DNA from: Clostridia bacterium
GTDB taxonomy: Bacteria; Bacillota; Clostridia; UMGS1883
Direction of reading: 5' to 3'
NCBI GenBank assembly: GCA_051866635.1
Contig: JBJDXJ010000013.1
Coordinates: forward strand, 1-10,519
DNA: 10,519 nucleotides
Notes under the pieces: generated by a model
The model's input: the letters and a program-made list of their open reading frames with translations, nothing else
Told to the model about the DNA's origin: nothing
The model's database searches: none
Position numbers and translations under genes: made by a program
Shown: positions 9,201 through 10,519 of the stretch, one piece after another
Layout: every line of letters begins with the position of its first letter
Position numbering within the stretch: the stretch's first letter is position 1

Positions 9201-10519
9201 ATCGGTATAAAGATTTGTCTGTGCTCCTGACAAGTTTCTGAGCATTACCCTTATGCTTACAGCTGTTTCTTCTGCGGAAAAGTTAAATTCAAATGGATAA
9301 TCTTTAATCTCGCTTATCTCAAATTCTTGTTTCAGATATTCGTTTGTATCTTGTCCGTCTATCCAAATATCTGCAATCAAACTGCCGCCTGTCAAATATG
9401 CATCCTCCGGGAAAGATAATGTTCCCTTTGCAACACGTTCGCCTTTCGGTTCTTCTGGCTCATCTGTGTAATTAAAATGGATTTCTGCATTTGTCAGGCA
9501 ACTGTTTCCACTTTCAATAACAATACTGTTCCACTTTTCTTCTGTGCCTGTATAATACACATCAGTTAAACTGCTGCAGCCTTCAAACGTGCTATCCCCT
9601 ATGCTTGTTACGCTGTCCGGAATTGTTATGCTTGATAAACTGCGGCAATATCCAAACGTATAACGTCCTATGCTTGTTACGCCATCCGGAATTGTTATGC
9701 TTGCTAAGCTACTGCAACTTGAAAACGCACTACCCCCTATGCTTGTTACACTGTCCGGGATTGTTATGCTTTCTAAACTGCTGCACCTATAAAACGCATG
9801 ACTCTCTATGCTTGTTACACTGTCCGGGATTTCATACTCAGTCTGTGTAATTCCTGCCGGATAACGAATAAGTTTTGTTTTATCTTTGTTAAACAAAACT
9901 CCTTCAAAACTTGCATAATTAAGGTTTTCTTCGCTTACGGTTATGCTTTCTAAGCTGCTGCAACCATTAAACGCACAATCACCTATGCTTGTTACGCTGT
10001 CCGGGATTGTTATGCTTTCTAAGCTACTGCAAATTGCAAACGCATAACACCCTATTCTTGTTACACTATCCGGGATTGTTATGCTTGCTAAGCTACTGCA
10101 ACTTAAAAACGCACTATCCCCTATGCTTGTTACGCTGTCTGGGATTGTTATGCTTGACAAACTGCTGCAATCATCAAACGCACCTTCCCATATGCCTGTT
10201 ACACCATCCGGGATTGTTATGCTTGCTAAGCTGCTGCAACCTGAAAACGCATAACTCCCTATTCTTGTTACACTATCCGGGATTGTTATGCTTTCTAAAC
10301 TGCTGCACCTATAAAACGCATGACTCTCTATGCTTGTTACACTGTCCGGGATTGTTATGCTTGACAAACTGCTGCAATGGGCAAGCGTCAAATTTCCTAT
10401 GCTTGTTACGCTGTCCGGGATTGTTATGCTTGCTAAGCTGCTGCAACCATAAAACGCACTATCCCCTATGCTTGTTACGCTGTCCGGGATTGTTATGCTT
10501 GCTAAGCTGCTGCAACCAT
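3288..10519 (-). CDS. Large SLH-anchored cell-surface protein with BspA-type LRRs (5'-truncated, >2400 aa)
   Basis: Frame stays open from the track's TTG (10391) to the window edge ([27 protein letters not shown]...). Approximate N-to-C order: LRR_5 array (10519-9480), divergent beta-rich repeats (9445-8100), CUB-like (8060-7760), carboxypeptidase-regulatory-like (7725-7530), unknown region, His/Cys repeats (6500-5667), Big_2 Ig-like (5560-5410), MBG-like (5405-5160), Gly/Ser linker, InlB B-repeat/Flg_new (4080-3878), three SLH domains with TRAM/TREQ/TRAE motifs (3845-3300). Confidence 0.92.
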   Translation of the reverse strand, partial: GCSSLASITIPDSVTSIGDSAFYGCSSLASITIPDSVTSIGNLTLAHCSSLSSITIPDSVTSIESHAFYRCSSLESITIPDSVTRIGSYAFSGCSSLASITIPDGVTGIWEGAFDDCSSLSSITIPDSVTSIGDSAFLSCSSLASITIPDSVTRIGCYAFAICSSLESITIPDSVTSIGDCAFNGCSSLESITVSEENLNYASFEGVLFNKDKTKLIRYPAGITQTEYEIPDSVTSIESHAFYRCSSLESITIPDSVTSIGGSAFSSCSSLASITIPDGVTSIGRYTFGYCRSLSSITIPDSVTSIGDSTFEGCSSLTDVYYTGTEEKWNSIVIESGNSCLTNAEIHFNYTDEPEEPKGERVAKGTLSFPEDAYLTGGSLIADIWIDGQDTNEYLKQEFEISEIKDYPFEFNFSAEETAVSIRVMLRNLSGAQTNLYTDTSSNLQFVLTEEGMKPDRYADDYLSITKLPDMEILIPTGKTVSGKITADDLKTLGNEPITIYFGTYWTRGYVNPETFEYEAVMPYGITEKEYTPYIIFDEGEMGASSNILPGIYYADSEETFTVNPEEDLTDLNFSVNTGYAISGSVTLPDDAVVENYSTNCELLVNGKTYYVTGLTTKDDFSETKKEIPFIIGVEKSDAPVSTKLRLSIRGGMADDMLGNSYYTNILEGNYYYSKKGTTTDEAQADEVLLDSDISGIDFTLKVGCAFNINMIDPDHNYCDFYIISENGELIAEDLIGSVFNSIIVISPEYEGENVYLMYRYDYGHSPLYSGRAYLCLDGSVVGFRKDADKFTIEKANDITFTLVNEDDVDIPETIEYDGKLIESSHPYRSSTTETVRYAYTGSSVKGLWVTMSPLSHIYDRLNATVTITDGTGAKKEYGTDEFNNLLFEDSFYVDGSEFEISLTTPYLWSWHYDYGFAVVHVEPVLQEGNTRFKVADTQTLQPIPNAQIFISNNDGTVSKKATTDSKGDAEFKLDNGIYTVNIIAKDYNMRTFTIEKTDDDAEFTSYLENGSILDIKTEVSEMTYDDIVNAGIDPEAVGNKNVYNCTAVLRFSPEEEITINYICTDDEILIYTPPVDDKIIMPVSKDIYLIIHSNVTWLKEMFDVQLVAANVSAVETIESCQAKLNLPEGLSLAEMIDVPQSDEVSLGNILPQGTAEHHWYICGDSEGEYYISGLVSGIRTGGGISENINVPFKTKEAISVLCGSAMKLTIEAEKTAVTGTPYRVLFRLQNVSNKNLYKVALNILGGKFCKEYSVTDLQYDPEESLGGTIVGTAEEGYVLQADKFKPGDVLSGIFEITFGEGIDTEDGIKYMLTDMFTITGNGSTTEIPTEIKLVDSITKHNWDSGTVTVEATCTTDGEKVYTCTDEGCAETRTEVIPAKGHSMGEWTVREDATCTDDGESFRKCSVCGYEETEIIPATGHDFEDDWTIDKAATCTEAGTESRHCTRCDAATDIREIPAKGHSMGEWTVREDATCTDDGESFRKCSVCGYEETKIIPATGHDFEDDWTVDKAATCTEAGTESRHCTRCDAVTDIREIPAKGHSMSEWTVRTAATCTEKGESFRKCSVCGYEETKTFNALGHDWDDGVITKNPTETEEGTVIYTCKRCGEQKTEIIPKMTKQELEFTIENDITVTYGDFRYVDNMVYNDSENGGEITYTSSNTEVATVDTNGRATILNAGETTITATAAATDRYLETTVSYKIIVNKALLKVKVNDSEIFYGEKPEFKGFEATGFVFEEDSSVILGAPEYTTEYNQFDNVGVYNIFLSGITAKNYNVNTENGILTVKKAEDYLIELGNLTQRKGKVSNVNASIVPKDATAVIKVEYQHATGVWMETIPEEIGEYKVRACLISSDNITVKADTYFEAILNIKPGALIGINGGSIEIDTEIDGNNVEFKIGEADIENILDNVPSAGEIVIDAKGGTEGINNITLPSNLINALDNSTEVDSLTVLADEAEITMSSDVLKTVSDKAQDNDKVSIHIDAVEKDALNEKQQAALATIANDAVILQLNLFVTHVDENGVETSDEIHSLNGTVDVRAAYVMPEDMEGKRIIVCYVADDGSVSYVRANYEDGFVSFKTNHFSHYAIAAIECPHEWDSGIVIKKATTKEEGLKRYTCALCDATKDEIIPKKSSEGSGGGGGGGTAKTTYTVTFDTNGGSVINSVEVEKNNIVTKPKDPTKEGFIFDGWYSDKNLVTAYDFNTNVTKAITLYAKWAKQETENDKAWKNPFTDVTENDWFYGSVKYSAENGLFSGTSDTTFEPNGLVTRAMLVTVLWRAEGKPQVNYAMSFDDIDTNSYYIEAVRWAASQGIVNGRSETEFAPDDSITREQIAAIMYRYARYKGYDVSVGEDTNVLSYTDAEKISEYAITSVQYAVGAGMMNGKTNTTINPQDNATRAEVATILKRFLEANK
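5667..6500 (-). repeat. Seven ~40-aa His/Cys repeats, including a near-identical 240-bp tandem duplication (~2.5 copies, ~5798-6389)
   Basis: Unit H-x(2-5)-W...ATCT..G...CxxC...IPAxG. Sequence at 5881, 6121 and 6361 aligns with a 240-bp period. Confidence 0.93.
9560..10519 (-). repeat. 69-bp (23-aa) BspA/LRR_5 tandem repeats, 12 complete variable cores in the window
   Basis: Unit [23 protein letters not shown] with a strongly conserved DNA scaffold (+ strand tatgcttgttac.ctgtccgggattgttatgctt). Interrupted once by an insert ([29 protein letters not shown], ~9940-9835). Confidence 0.95.

Noticed and set aside
3934-9850. Small ORFs inside the surface protein gene, including the twin 78-aa ORFs at 5798 and 6038 and minus-strand 5189-5377
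   Set aside because: Alternative-frame by-products; the twins merely reflect the 240-bp duplication.
10389-10391. TTG start proposed by the ORF track
   Set aside because: It falls mid-repeat and the frame remains open to the window edge; the true start lies outside the window.
9560-10519. Constant/variable alternation resembling a CRISPR array
   Set aside because: The period is exactly 69 bp and in frame. The variable parts are short, mutually similar and encode LRR residues. No cas genes are present.
9560-10519. Canonical diversity-generating retroelement
   Set aside because: No reverse transcriptase or non-coding template repeat in the window, and many scaffold adenines are invariant. 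Kept only as a testable alternative.

Overview
Spore-forming Firmicute (probably Clostridia) DNA with all real genes on the minus strand. Right to left: (1) a 5'-truncated, >2400-aa SLH-anchored surface protein with BspA-type leucine-rich repeats, beta-sandwich domains and His/Cys repeats (3288->10519), followed by a terminator; (2) the 5' half of the mother-cell sigma factor gene sigK, whose homology stops abruptly after ...ARCIE at about 2692; (3) the end of a skin-like element inserted in sigK and running off the left edge, carrying a double-HTH (XRE-like) gene and an AT-rich KAP-family P-loop NTPase with its own near-consensus sigma-A promoter. The recombinase and the 3' half of sigK are not in the window. 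Most notable: the sigK-interrupting element with a candidate defence NTPase, an HTH reading frame open up to the crossover, a long hairpin over the sigK promoter/RBS/start codon, and hypervariable codons in the LRR array.
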